Source of the DNA: Coniocarpon cinnabarinum
Taxonomy: Eukaryota
Assembly (NCBI GenBank): GCA_051942205.1
Contig: JAVECO010000041.1
Coordinates: forward strand, 1-64,000
DNA length: 64,000 nucleotides
Reading direction: 5' to 3'
Under the pieces are notes generated by a model, which saw only the letters and a program-made list of their open reading frames with translations, did no database searches and was not told the origin of the DNA. A program made the position numbers and the translations under genes. How positions within the stretch are numbered: position 1 is the stretch's first letter; each line of letters begins with the position of its first letter. Positions 24,732-35,848 of this stretch are shown one piece after another.

Positions 24732-27158
24732 ATGGCAGCCGTTCTCAGCCCTCGACCTCCAGAGATGCCCTCTCGAACACCCACCCCTCCGCCTTCGCTG
24801 TCGCTCAACACAACCGTCAGCGGTAGCCCAGCTGCCGTCCCAAACAAGCATCTCCCTTTCTGCTCACCAGGACCAACGCCCTACGGACTTCCCTCTCCTC
24901 CGGCTTCTCCGCCATCCAATCAGTCCACTCCCACGTCGCAATCGTTGCTGTATCCGCCTGACCCGACCACCCGCATCGCTTCACTTTCTCCACCTATATA
25001 CAACATCAACGCGGCTACCGTTGCTCTTGCCATTGACCAGCAGTCAAATCGCAAGCTCGCAAAGCCTCACGAGCTATTTCCCTGGCTCCATGGACTTCAC
25101 CCTCAGAATACCCTCCAACAGGCCTTCTTCACGAGTCGCAACCCGCGCAAGACCTCCAGACGAGACGCGTGCCGTCCCCCCTTCAGCCAGCGTTTTGTCA
25201 CGATTGTGAAAGTAGGTGGTGACTTGACGTCTTCTCGGTTAAAGGGCGCGTTGGCGCCAGATGAGCTCCTTGCTCCTCTGGGTTCGGGGTCAGATCTTGC
25301 CCCCTGCTTTCAAGACGTTGATCCACGCTGCGGCTTCTCCGTGCGGAACTTTCAAATTCAGGCATGCAAGCTTGCAACAGTAAGCGACATCGTCGTGTAT
25401 GGAGATGACTCAACTCCTAGAGACGAGGTTGAGAAGGTTGCAGGCTTGTTTGCGCAGGCGCAGTCGAATTTACGTGAAGAATGGCTAGGAGATGACATTG
25501 ACGCAAGCGAGAGTGATGACGGCGATCTCGGATTGGAAGAATACAATACCTTTGTCGTCACAGACAAGTTTGCAACTTTTGAACGTGATCATCCTTCCAT
25601 GGTCGCCCTTGATTCGGCTGGTTCGCATACTGGTGAGGTTCTCGACTTTCTGAGTCAGGAGCGGGAGGAGATGAGCGATCTCTCCACAGCATCATTCATT
25701 GCAGAGAACGTTGCGCTCGGCTCCACGCCTGATCCAACCCTTCTCGATGCCAACACACCCAATGGCGAGTATGCGCCAGAAGACCCGGACTACAGCATCA
25801 TGATCGAAGCATCGGACCTGGCATACTTGCCGGATCGAGAAAGTTTAAACGAGATCGCCAATTTCCTGGATGAGAAGGCTCGCCACGGCGAACGCGCTGT
25901 AGCAAATCTCGAAGTTCCCAGCAGTGGCAGTCTGCTTACCAATGACCGTGGTGATATTGATTCACGGACGCTAGAACGTCTGCTAATGCTGTGCACATGG
26001 ATTTACGACCAAAGTCACGTGTCGACACCCTCGTTCCTCCCACTCACCGACACTGTGCACAGAGATCTGGATGGCGATATATTCATGACATCTTCGGAAT
26101 CATTGCATTTCCAGCCTCGTCGGATCTTGTTGCATTGTGCTGATGGATATACCGAGACAACACTTGTCGCTCTGGCCTACTACATGTTTGCGCATGGCGT
26201 ACCACTTCACATCGCCCTTCTTGATCTCCATGTCGCCAATGACCGCAACTTCTTCGCATACGCAACTGATAAATCTTTTCTGCTAGCTATCGAGTCAAAG
26301 CTCCTTTCCGCATCACCTGCACGTGTCTCTACTCCAACGTCGTCTGATGAGGAGGAAAATTCTCGCATATCTTCCCAGATGCCGCCCACCCTCAATGACC
26401 GTCCGGACTGGCTTACTAGGATGGACGGCTCTCTTCCGTCTCGCGTTCTCCCTCATCTTTACCTTGGCAACCTTCAGCATGCAATGAATTCTGACTTGAT
26501 CCAAGCTCTCGGCATCACTCGTGTCTTATCCGTTGGTGAACCAGTCAATTATGTACCCGACTCGGCCGCAGCAAAAGCCATTGAAGTTATACACATTCTC
26601 GGGGTGCAGGACAATGGAGTTGACGCGCTTCGTCCTGAATTTGAAAGATGCTTAGCCTTCATCGACGAAGCCGAGCAAGAGGTCAAGGAAACAGGCGGAC
26701 GGCGCGGCAAAGTCTTGGTGCACTGTCGCGTGGGCGTGTCAAGAAGCGCGACGATTGTCATTGCAGCGGTGATGAAGAAACTCAACTTAAGCTTTCCGAG
26801 AGCCTACTGTTACGTCCGCGCTCGAAGGCTGAACGTGATTGTGCAGCCTCACTTACGTTTTGTGTACGAGTTGCTAGGATGGGAGGATGAATTGGGACGT
26901 GCTGGCGGGATTGGTGCGTCTGACGTGGAGAGCCGTGGGACTTTGCACTCCGTCAATTCCACTCGTCAAGAAAAACGAGAGATCGAGCAATGGCAACGGA
27001 ACGATGAGACAGTCACGCGAACAGGCGACCACGACGAGACTGATCACCCACATTGCTTGAGTAGTACTGGAAGAAAACAGTGGAAAGGCCGCGAGCTGGA
27101 GTGGGCGACCATTGCAAGGGAGATTGCGGCCATGAACCGGCCGTATTGTCGGCAATAG
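24732..27158 (+). CDS. pps1: Dual-specificity protein phosphatase PPS1 homolog
   Basis: FPWLHGLH, FSVRNFQIQ, HCADGYTET pseudo-site, DGSLPSRVLPHLYLGNL, catalytic VHCRVGVSRS, C-terminal REIAAMNRPY. Confidence 0.93.
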   Translation: MAAVLSPRPPEMPSRTPTPPPSLSLNTTVSGSPAAVPNKHLPFCSPGPTPYGLPSPPASPPSNQSTPTSQSLLYPPDPTTRIASLSPPIYNINAATVALAIDQQSNRKLAKPHELFPWLHGLHPQNTLQQAFFTSRNPRKTSRRDACRPPFSQRFVTIVKVGGDLTSSRLKGALAPDELLAPLGSGSDLAPCFQDVDPRCGFSVRNFQIQACKLATVSDIVVYGDDSTPRDEVEKVAGLFAQAQSNLREEWLGDDIDASESDDGDLGLEEYNTFVVTDKFATFERDHPSMVALDSAGSHTGEVLDFLSQEREEMSDLSTASFIAENVALGSTPDPTLLDANTPNGEYAPEDPDYSIMIEASDLAYLPDRESLNEIANFLDEKARHGERAVANLEVPSSGSLLTNDRGDIDSRTLERLLMLCTWIYDQSHVSTPSFLPLTDTVHRDLDGDIFMTSSESLHFQPRRILLHCADGYTETTLVALAYYMFAHGVPLHIALLDLHVANDRNFFAYATDKSFLLAIESKLLSASPARVSTPTSSDEEENSRISSQMPPTLNDRPDWLTRMDGSLPSRVLPHLYLGNLQHAMNSDLIQALGITRVLSVGEPVNYVPDSAAAKAIEVIHILGVQDNGVDALRPEFERCLAFIDEAEQEVKETGGRRGKVLVHCRVGVSRSATIVIAAVMKKLNLSFPRAYCYVRARRLNVIVQPHLRFVYELLGWEDELGRAGGIGASDVESRGTLHSVNSTRQEKREIEQWQRNDETVTRTGDHDETDHPHCLSSTGRKQWKGRELEWATIAREIAAMNRPYCRQ

Positions 27159-28297
27159 AGCTGCTGCCATTTGATGATGTTCGACAGCAGTGTGCGAAAG
27201 AGATGGGAAAGAATCCATGGCCGGTACGATGCATGACGACGTCACGATATGACGAATTGAGGCGCATGAACGGCGTTGGATGCATTGCAAGGGGATGAGG
27301 AACATTTCGTCCGAGGACTGATTCTGTGTACATCTTAAAACCATTTATGTATCAGCTAGCAAGTATGGTAGCTTGTTGGGAATCTACAAGTCCTGCATTC
27401 AATCTTTGCCATTTAGTCTTAGATTTATACAGCTTTCTCTTTGTACAAAATACCGCGTAGACAAGGAGCAATATGGAGGCGTTTCGGGTTCGAGCTGAAC
27501 GAATCATCCTATTCGCGTCGTTGAGATGCTTTCAATGTTGTCATTGGGTGATTTCTGATGTTTGGTCGAGCCAGAGCACGATACAAGTCTGCGACTTGGT
27601 GCATCTTGAGTCCGATACAGTCGCATTTGAGCTATATGGCTTCTTTTTCACCAGTATAAGCGCGTTCAGCCGCTGTTGACGCTGCGATATTTCTGGCAGG
27701 GTATACATATGTGAGCAGCACCTTCATTAGCCGAATATGACGTACAGTCCAGACAATGAGGAGGCATCTGGACCTCGTAGCTCTGTACATGACGGTTTAC
27801 TGTGACAAGTTCGCTGTGATGAGTCAGCTTGTCGTCTTTGTTGTTTTCGGACAATTAGTATAGCGCATTGAGGCTGAGAAGCGATCTGCAGTCGCAGTTA
27901 CTCCGTTCTGCTTGATTTCGAGAAGTTGCTTGGTGGGAGTGGGCGTATCTGTTTCAGGATGACCGGGTAGAGTGGGGCTAAGAAATGATTATGGCTGTCT
28001 TGGGGCGAAATGATACGCTAGAGGCTGCGCTAGTGACATACGAACATTACACTAAGCCCGAAGCTGAGCTAGCGTCTCCACACTGCACCAGATCTGCGCT
28101 TGACAATGAACCATAGCTGGGTGCATCAATAGCGAACAATTACCGGTGGCTGGTTGCGGTGGAAACAACTTTTCGACTTCTACTCCTTCACAACCTCTGC
28201 TCCTCTGAACTCTTTCCTTCTCTTCTACAGTTTCGGTTGCGTTTACTTCCTCCACACCATCGAAAGCAGCGTCCTGCACACAGACCAGACCAGCTTT

Positions 28298-28370
28298 GTA
28301 AGTATTCGACTCTTCGTTACTGTCAACGTCAAAGACGTCCCCACTTTCCGCTGACAACGACTCAAAATAG
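28298..28370 (+). other. 5'-UTR intron of the SUN-domain gene
   Basis: GTAAGT donor, GCTGAC branch, TAG acceptor 24 nt before the ATG at 28395. Confidence 0.7.
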
Positions 28371-28394
28371 CGACCATCCACATCACAACCGACA

Positions 28395-30101
28395 ATGTCT
28401 ACTCCGGGGCGCCGTACACGCAGCATGTCCCGCGCATCTGGCGACTCCGCCGGGGCAACTCCCACCCCAACCCGCCAGCAACCTCCTCGTGCAGCACGAG
28501 GGGGCTCTGCATCATCATCAGGCCTCGCTCCGAGGACCTCAGGCGCTTACGGCGGCGCATCGAAGGCCGGGACGCCAGATAGAGCCTCCACCCGGGAGGG
28601 ACGCGCCGGTTTTGCAGCCGGCTTCAACAGTCAAGTGCAAGCAGTAAGTGTTCCATCTTCGATTACTGATGATGATTCTCGTCGTCTCGAGATAGCTGAC
28701 CACGCTCATCAGGCACGACTGTCGCCCGTGGCCGAAGAGCCCGCGGCACCACCACCGGCGCCAGAGCCGGAGCCAACGCCAGCAGCAGAGCCGGCACACC
28801 CAGCGCCTGCACCACAGGCGTTGCACGCGGACGTCGGCGTCCAGACGACGCCCGTCGTCGTCGCAGGGACGGCTGTGGCAAACCACGGCTCCTGGAGCGA
28901 GAGCGCGTGGCTGCGCGGGGTCGCGGTCATTATGACCGTCTTCACCGCGTTGGCCGCGCTCAATCTGGCCCTTCCCTGGTTCGGCGTCGACGTCCGGCCA
29001 AGTTCTCGTGTGCCGGCGGGGTCCGCCCCTGCCTACGAGCGGTTGTTCGACCGCTTGTACGGTGATTTGCACGCTGCGCTCGTGCCCGCTCTGGCTGCCT
29101 CAAGCCCGCCGCCGTCGACCATGTTCGCTCCCTCTGCACAATTCCTCTCTGGCGCCGATGTCCCCGACCATAACCTGGTCGGCCTCTATTATCCGGACCA
29201 CTTTGCTCACGCACGTGGTGCCGCAGTCAACCCCGAGCTAACCTCCGCAACTCGGGTTGAGTCGGACCAGCGAGAAGAGTACAAGAGGCTCGCTCGCCTA
29301 TCTCACCGCTGGTTCAATCCCCTTCGCTGGATCGACGTCCCTTTCCTTCAATCCGGATCCCTCCCTCCCGTCGCTGCTCTCCAGCCCTGGCAAGAAGCTG
29401 GAGAATGCTGGTGCTCCGCCCACGCCAAAGGCTTCGAGCACAAACCCCCCGGCAGCCACAAGGACCTCCTGCAACGCGAAGAAATGGACATGGAAGAGCA
29501 GTATTTCCGTGCTCGTGGTGGATGGGTCGACCCCGAGGGTCTGTCCTGGCCCGGTGGTCCTCGCGCACAACTCGCCGTTCTCATGCCTGGAGAGATCTAC
29601 CCCACCCACGCCGTCATCGAACACGTCCCCGCCCGCGCCACGACCGACATCAAGGCCGCTCCTGAATGGATTGAGTTCTTCGCTCACGTCCCCAACAAAG
29701 AGGCGAATGCTAAAGTATGGGAAACATACGCACGCGCCTCGGGCGAACGGGTCGACGATCGTCCCCGTCCTGAATACTCGGACATCGAAATCGGTCGGTA
29801 CAAGAACCTCATCACAGAACGTGAGCACGTCAGCGGCTTCCGACGGATCATCAACTTCTACACGCACTGGAACAACCAGGAGATGCCGAGCGCTGGGGAG
29901 TTTCCATTAGATCACCAATGGGTCAGAGTTGCACGCTACAAATACGACATCCACGGCAGCCACGCACAAGTGGTCAAGATCCCGGTGGATTTCCGCGAAC
30001 TGGGCATTCCAATCCGATCCATGACAGTGAGAGTCCGCAGCAATCACGGGGCCCCATATACGTGCCTCTATCGCGTCAGGATGTTCGGGGAGGAGGTTTG
30101 A
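28395..30101 (+). CDS. Sad1/UNC-84 (SUN)-domain nuclear envelope / spindle pole body protein; probable in-frame intron 28644-28712
   Basis: Disordered N-terminus, one TM helix (GVAVIMTVFTALAALNLALPWF), C-terminal SUN motifs GECWC, IEHVP...AAP, VRSNHGAPYTCLYRVRMFG. Confidence 0.88.
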   Translation: MSTPGRRTRSMSRASGDSAGATPTPTRQQPPRAARGGSASSSGLAPRTSGAYGGASKAGTPDRASTREGRAGFAAGFNSQVQAVSVPSSITDDDSRRLEIADHAHQARLSPVAEEPAAPPPAPEPEPTPAAEPAHPAPAPQALHADVGVQTTPVVVAGTAVANHGSWSESAWLRGVAVIMTVFTALAALNLALPWFGVDVRPSSRVPAGSAPAYERLFDRLYGDLHAALVPALAASSPPPSTMFAPSAQFLSGADVPDHNLVGLYYPDHFAHARGAAVNPELTSATRVESDQREEYKRLARLSHRWFNPLRWIDVPFLQSGSLPPVAALQPWQEAGECWCSAHAKGFEHKPPGSHKDLLQREEMDMEEQYFRARGGWVDPEGLSWPGGPRAQLAVLMPGEIYPTHAVIEHVPARATTDIKAAPEWIEFFAHVPNKEANAKVWETYARASGERVDDRPRPEYSDIEIGRYKNLITEREHVSGFRRIINFYTHWNNQEMPSAGEFPLDHQWVRVARYKYDIHGSHAQVVKIPVDFRELGIPIRSMTVRVRSNHGAPYTCLYRVRMFGEEV

Positions 30102-31545
30102 AGAGTTTTAGTGGGGGTATTAATGGGTGGTGGAGGGCTGGGGCTGGGTGCTGGTGGCGAGAGCACGATGATGACGACATTATGGTCTTTTTTGCTGATT
30201 TCTTCGCCCAAGTGCGATGTCGCGTTACATTCTGGGCGGAATTCACGCCGTGGTTTGCCACTGATTTCGATGGCGTTTTGACAGCGTCGTCGCTGGTGGG
30301 AGTTTGATTGCTTTGTTGTTTGAGTTTAGCGTGGGCGTTGGTGGTTACAGATACCCAGGGAATTACGAATGTTTGAGTTACTGCCACTTGAAATTTTCCA
30401 TGCAATAGACTTTCACTGTGCATGATTGTATTGTTTTCTGCGTCAGTCTTGTGTTTTTGATAAGTTCTGGGACCACTTTGGTGTGTTTGCAACGCTTTAG
30501 ACTGGACTTGTGGTGTTGCAGATTGACAGTATTTACGGTACTGATCTTCAAGAGAAATTTCTGATCTTTTTCTTACACCCACACGCTGATCTTGTATAGA
30601 CGAAATGCCTTGACCTACACATGCGATGCGACAGATTGAGAAAAGTAACAGTCACGTCATTTTCAATAACCTTTCCATATATCGCCACTGCAAGTTTCTG
30701 CGTCCAAGCCTCTTCCACTGCTCCGAATTGGCATCTCAGTACAACACGTCCGCTTTCTACTTGGTCATTTGGTATGATCTCAGTCGCTCTCGGTTTGTAC
30801 CAGATTGAGGTAGATCGACGCCGTCTCACAAGCTTTGCATTGCATTTCGAACGAAACTGGTCAATACCTCTTAAACTCACATGGTCCACGTCTATTCTCT
30901 TCTTGTCTGCAGCACATCCCAGCATCTTTCCTCGGTCGATCCTCCTGCAACTTGGTTATGTGATCCGTGAATCGATGAAGCCCAAGCATGATCAGATCCG
31001 CCCCAAATTTCTTCCCCTTGTCAAACGTGTTAAGACGGTCTTACACCATTTTCAGGCGACAACTTCCTGCCCCAACCTAACAGGTCCATAACTGTCACAA
31101 CCAGACTCATTGCATTGCAAGTTCTCTTCGTTTTCAGATGTTTCTGCCATACGCACAGTTGCTTTCCTTCTCTAAGTCGTATTTTCAATTTCATGGTCTT
31201 GGATCCTCGAATTGTAAAGGAATTCTCTTGCATTGGTTCCTTTTCGATATTTGTGTGGTGCATTTTCATCTTCTTCTGCCTTCTGTATGTATTTTCAACA
31301 GAATAGACTCATACCTTTGTGATTACACCATTCCGTCAAGATTGTCCCAGAGCTTCAAGAGCCAAGTAAAATCGGGATGCTCTACAGCGCTTTGGCACAC
31401 TCTCACAATACGACAGCTTGATGACTCTCATCATCATCTTACTCAATCAGAATCATCGGCCACGGCAGGATATCTAGGTATATTCGAACTTTGACGTGGG
31501 CATCGATTCGTCCTAGCATCTGCAATGAAAACCACAACGGCTAAT

Positions 31546-33282
31546 CTACGGCGCCAAACCCAAAAACGCAAATAAATGCGCGTTGCCCTCGACGCTTATC
31601 CATGCAATGCCGCTGTATACAATTAACTTGGTCACGACTTCGACGTCGTAGCGGACGCGGGGGCGGAGAAGCGCGCGGAAGAGTGCCTCGTCGTCTGCTT
31701 CGTCTTTGTTCTGAGGCTGTCTCGGAAACGTCGCTATGTGTTCTCTGGCCGTGCCGTTTGCTGTGGTTTTATCGCCGTTGGCGTGTTCCTCGCTGGCGTT
31801 GATGCCTCCATTCTCGACTTTGTGCTGGTGAGTCTGTTCACCATGGGTACTGTTGCGAACGACACCGTGGTCTTCCATCACGAGAGGAGACAATGGCGGA
31901 CTCATGCCGTCACGTCCCTGCGACTGCCGTCGTTTCCGCTCCCGAAAGGCCATGACTTCATATGCATCCGCCTCGCTTTGCGGTCCAACACTGACTGCTC
32001 TCCGCCGTGGATGCCGCAGATTACTCAGCATGCCCGGGATCTCAGAAGCAGGGGGAATGACATTGTCGTCCTTTTTGAGGTTGGGGACGGAATGGTATTG
32101 ATCGACGTTGAGGAAGAATTTTCGAGGGAGCAAAAGACCTAGAAGCGCAGCAATGCGGAAGATGGGTGGGAGGATGCGGAGGAGAGTCGGTTTGGCGAGG
32201 GCGCGCCAGGTGAAGACTGTGAGAACGCCGAGCAGGATGCGGAGGACGGAAATGGGTAGACCGAGGACGTCAATCGAGAAGGGGATGGTCGAGGGCATTG
32301 GGTCGGCGATGGAATGAGGAGATCCAGCGAAGTGATAACAGCCCACTTGGATTCCGATGAAGACACCGGAAAAGGCGACAGAGTCATCGAAGCAGGGACA
32401 ATTGTCTGCGGGTTCCGGATGGATCCGGACAAGCACCAACATGATCAAAGTCGTGACGACGATATTCTCGAGGGATCCAGTAGTGATCCAGGTATCAAAC
32501 AGGGGACCGAAGGAAATTTGCAGAAGCGCGATCAGGGCGCCTAACGCAGACCCGATGACGACGTCGAAGAGGCCATGCATCCCGCAGTAGACGCGGCCGA
32601 AGACGATGGATATCGCGTAGAAGATGAAGGAACATTGGAGGGCCGTTGCGTGTGAGTGGATGAATGGCGTTGAAGAATTGTGGATGGAGTGGATGGCATA
32701 GAGGGCGACGGAGACGGCGTTTGTGGAGTGCGTAGAGGGGAAGCCGTATTCGAGAGCGACCGAGGCGGAGCGGGAAATGCGTTGGAGTGGTGGTGAGAGA
32801 GGTCGAGGGAGGCAGACGAGGTCTTTGATAAAGCCGGAGAAGAAGACACCAGCGGCAAGCATGTGTACCATTCTATGAAGCTCGTTAGTGAAGAGGCTGG
32901 AGACGATGGGGAGCAACCGAGGACGTACGCTCGTGCGAGGGGCGTTTGACCACACCAGAAGAGAACGGGCAAGATGATCATGAAGAAGGTGTGCGTGCCG
33001 AGATTGGCTGTGAATGCAAAGTAGGAATCAAGGTTGGGAGATCGTAGTCGGTCTTGTAGTGCTGCAAGATAGGGCGTCTCCCATCGCACTACTGGAATTA
33101 AAGCTTCTCTGATTTTTCTGCGCCATGGCGGCAGTCTTTCATTGTCTTACACACAGTCAGATGTCAGCTAAGAAGGGCTACATTCAACGAATGTGTACTG
33201 ATCTATTTGACTTACAATGCTCCAAGCTTCGCAAGCCTGCATCCACCGTTTTTGAATGTGTCGGCTTCTCGGGACTTTGCAT
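31546..33282 (-). CDS. lcb3: Dihydrosphingosine-1-phosphate phosphatase (PAP2 family); 3 exons
   Basis: DAGLRSLEHY, RWETPYL, YFAFTANLGTHTF, KDLVCLPRP, EYGFPSTH, GRVYCGMH, CPCFDDS, RYDVEV. Confidence 0.94.
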
Positions 33283-33841
33283 TTTTCTGGGAGTTTCGGG
33301 CGCAAGGCTTATTCAACATGTACGTGCTGATCCTCTCGCAGTCAAGTAGGTTGCAACGGCGTCTGTACAGTACTCGTGCTAGTTAAATGGAATTGTCGAT
33401 TGGGCTCGGCTACCTATGCGCCGCCAGCTGCGCGTTTCGTCGTCTGTAACTCCCGTATGAAAAACTCCGGAGTGGCACAATCTTCCCGCCTGCGATGCCA
33501 TAAGGATTTCATGTATATTCGCGCACGTCTGTCTGAGCACCCAGTCGTGATGCGACGTCTCCGTCAGCCGGCCGAGTCAGGCATCTTGACGCGATGGCGC
33601 TAAGGGTCGACTTTCACATGTCAGCCACTAAGATACGTCCAACATTTGATGGTTGACCTGCCAACGGGGCGAAAAAGAAAATACTCACCGCCAACCAATG
33701 CAGATCGGTCCTCTAAGGCCCTTCTGTCTGCCTACACGTTTCCACATTCCTCACTGCGACAGCTCTATCACAAATTCCCACTCCATCATTCATCAAGAGC
33801 TTGAGCTTTGAAGTGATCTCCCCGCTCTACTATCTGCTGCC

Positions 33842-34825
33842 ATGGACGGCACGACCTCGACCACAACCTCAAACTATGACCACCTTCGGCGCAAGCGCTC
33901 ATCACGCATCAACATGGGCATGGAATCACCGCGACGAAAGCCTGTCCAATCCCACCACCAAGACTCGGTGAACATCAATTCCTCGGTCAGCTCGTTCAAT
34001 GACAGCGGCTCGGCCAACACGAACGTCACGGAACCACCAGCATACTCAAAGAAGTTCGTCGTGGTCGGAGATGGTGGAACTGGCAAGACTTGTTTGATGA
34101 TCAGCTACAGTCAAGGTTACTTTCCCGAGGTAGGCCGACCTGCTATCATGCGTTTTGATCTGTCTCGCTGATGAGCCCTAGAAATACGTCCCCACCGTCT
34201 TCGAGAACTACATCACAAACAAACCGCATCCCGCATCAGGCAAAACGGTGGAACTCGCACTTTGGGATACCGCCGGTCAAGAAGAGTACGACCGCTTGCG
34301 ACCTCTGTCATATCCTGAGACCGATCTTCTCTTCGTCTGCTTCGCTATCGATTGCCCTAACTCTCTCGAAAATGTTCTGGACAAGGTCAGTACTATTGCT
34401 CGACTGCAAGATACCTCATGCTAACATACACACGATAGTGGTACCCTGAAGTCCTCCACTTCTGCCCGACCACTCCAATTATTCTCATTGGCCTCAAGAC
34501 AGATCTACGATACAAGAAGACTTGTATTGACCTGCTCCGGAGCCAAGGTCTGACCCCAGTCACAACAGAACAAGGTCAACAAGTCGCCCGACGGATGGGT
34601 GCTACGTATATGGAATGCAGCAGCAAAGAGATGACCGGCGTGGAAGACATCTTCAATCGGGCAATCAACATCGCGGTCGGTGACGAGGAAAAGCGGAAAT
34701 CAGAACGACGAGAAGCTGCGCGAGGGAAGAAGGCTGGCGGCGGTAGCGGGGGTGCCATTAGTGGTGGTAACGACGTACCCGTGTCGGGCAAGCGGAGGAA
34801 GAATAGAAGTTGCAAGATCCAGTGA
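33842..34825 (+). CDS. rho4: Rho-family GTPase Rho4; exons 33842-34129, 34182-34385, 34439-34825
   Basis: N-terminal extension, [41 protein letters not shown], polybasic CaaX tail CKIQ. Confidence 0.9.
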
Positions 34826-35160
34826 CCTCTATTCTTCCCCTTCGCTTGGCTGACTTGAGCGTGTAGATCTTTCGCCGCCCGCAGACACCGCCAGAGAATG
34901 CGACCTTGAAAGCCAGGTCGCGAGATCCAATGGTGGTACGTTTGAGTCGGTTGGGAGATCTATCTATGATTTTTTCTTCCCATCATGATGTTGATTGAGC
35001 GCTGATGATCGAATGCATGGGTTTGGCGCTGGGATGTGGTTGCGCTGGTGGCTTGCCAGAGACATCATTGCGGTCGCGATTGTGTTTTGTGTATCATAAC
35101 GAGCACCAATGCCACTTCGAACATTTTCGAGACCTTCTTACACCATGACTCTCATGTTAT

Positions 35161-35565
35161 TCAAGGTCTCGCCGCCGACGCTGGAGTTTGTTGATCGCCA
35201 TCGCCTTCTGTCGGCTTCTCAGCGTTGTTTGGAGTAGGCTCTTTGGCCATGACCCCCTCGAAGTGCGACCAGAGCGCTTCGACGGTCGAAAACTCGTTTC
35301 CCACCTGCACAGATGAGCACGATTTTCCACAGCAGTAACGAATTCAACGTACCGCTATGGTGCCTTCGAGGTTGCGATTGAGGCGATTCAGGTTTTGCAA
35401 TACCTGTTCGAGATTCTGGGGCCGGTCATTAACTTGACGCGTTATCTTGCTGCGAGATGGGGTGCATACCTCGCCAATCTCCTGAAGTATGAGCTCGCGC
35501 TGCTGTTCGAAATACGACGGGCCGGCGCTCTCGCCATTCGCAGCAGACGTTGCGTTCTTCGACAT
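35161..35565 (-). CDS. dad1: DASH/Dam1 complex subunit Dad1; 3 exons
   Basis: [44 protein letters not shown] after removing two canonical introns. Confidence 0.93.
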
Positions 35566-35848
35566 GGAGGAATTGAGGCGCAATGATCTTTCGCACGCGT
35601 AGGAGAAAGGTGCACGCGTGTGGCTGCTCGCCCGAGGCAAATATTCTGCGGTGCCAAGATAAACGTGTACCCACACTCGGGCTGAGAGATGCAGTCGCCT
35701 TGCCGCCTCAATTTCAAAATGCTCTTCCACTCCTTGCTAACTCTCTACAAGATCCTCACAAAACCCCAGTCCGCGAGACCATCATCCCTTTTAGGAAATC
35801 GAGTCCAGAGGTATGAATATTGGGTGAGGTGAAAGCCGTCGTGTCGAG

